Shown: piece after piece, positions 31,988 to 32,000 of the stretch
Layout of the letters: each line of letters begins with the position of its first letter
Numbering within the stretch: position 1 is the first letter of the stretch
Assembly: GCA_963677105.1 (NCBI GenBank)
Contig: OY781871.1
Span: 810,001 to 842,000 of the forward strand
Length of the DNA: 32,000 nt
Origin: Candidatus Saccharimonadota bacterium
GTDB lineage: Bacteria; Patescibacteriota; Gracilibacteria; UBA4473
Direction of reading: 5' to 3'
The notes under the pieces: model-generated
What the model saw: the letters and a program-made list of their open reading frames with translations, nothing else
The model's database searches: none
What the model was told of the DNA's origin: nothing
Program-made: the position numbers and the translations under genes

Positions 31988-32000
31988 TTTTATATATATT

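Noticed and set aside
1-32000. An alternative genetic code with UGA recoded, as in some AT-rich candidate phyla
   Set aside because: TGA terminates rpoD and the PKD-7TM gene cleanly. Long ORFs are intact under the standard code. An RF2 gene, which decodes UGA, is present.

Overview
This is an AT-rich bacterial window. It has dense housekeeping genes in the first 21 kb and an accessory-looking block from about 21.4 kb to the end. TGA is used as a stop codon and an RF2 gene is present, so the genetic code is standard. Most genes lack a Shine-Dalgarno sequence. This style suggests an uncultivated small-genome lineage (CPR/Patescibacteria-like), but that is inference only.

Recognisable genes: rpoD (5'-truncated by the window edge), greA, a NUDIX hydrolase, tilS, dut, a GNAT acetyltransferase, argS, argG, tRNA-Leu(UAA), tRNA-Leu(UAG), tRNA-Cys(GCA), a lipoprotein, rlmH, a SAM methyltransferase, an NlpC/P60 peptidase with three SLH domains, prfB, ftsZ, ftsA, a stand-alone 5'-3' exonuclease and a half-size glycogen-synthase-like protein.

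Main points of interest:
1. A translationally coupled gene pair at 3284-7089. The first gene encodes a secreted PKD domain fused to the 7TM module usually attached to an inactive transglutaminase. The second encodes a RimK-related ATP-grasp ligase fused to a retropepsin-like DUF785 domain and a DUF1704/MATCAP-like HExxxH metallopeptidase.
2. A 15-codon leader ORF ending in RRRRQ upstream of argG, with trp-style alternative hairpins and a U7 terminator. This looks like an arginine-sensing attenuator.
3. An orphan 1642-aa cytoplasmic protein preceded by an overlapping 63-codon ORF. Its C-terminus has a possible caspase-like His/Cys dyad.
4. A convergent five-gene surface/secreted cluster at 26733-31987. 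It includes a near-perfect 48-bp in-frame tandem repeat and two polycationic secreted proteins.
5. Short dispersed intergenic repeat words and a conserved GTCCCGC-N3-GCGGGAC hairpin.

All calls come from reading the sequence and remembered family motifs. No searches or folding programs were run.
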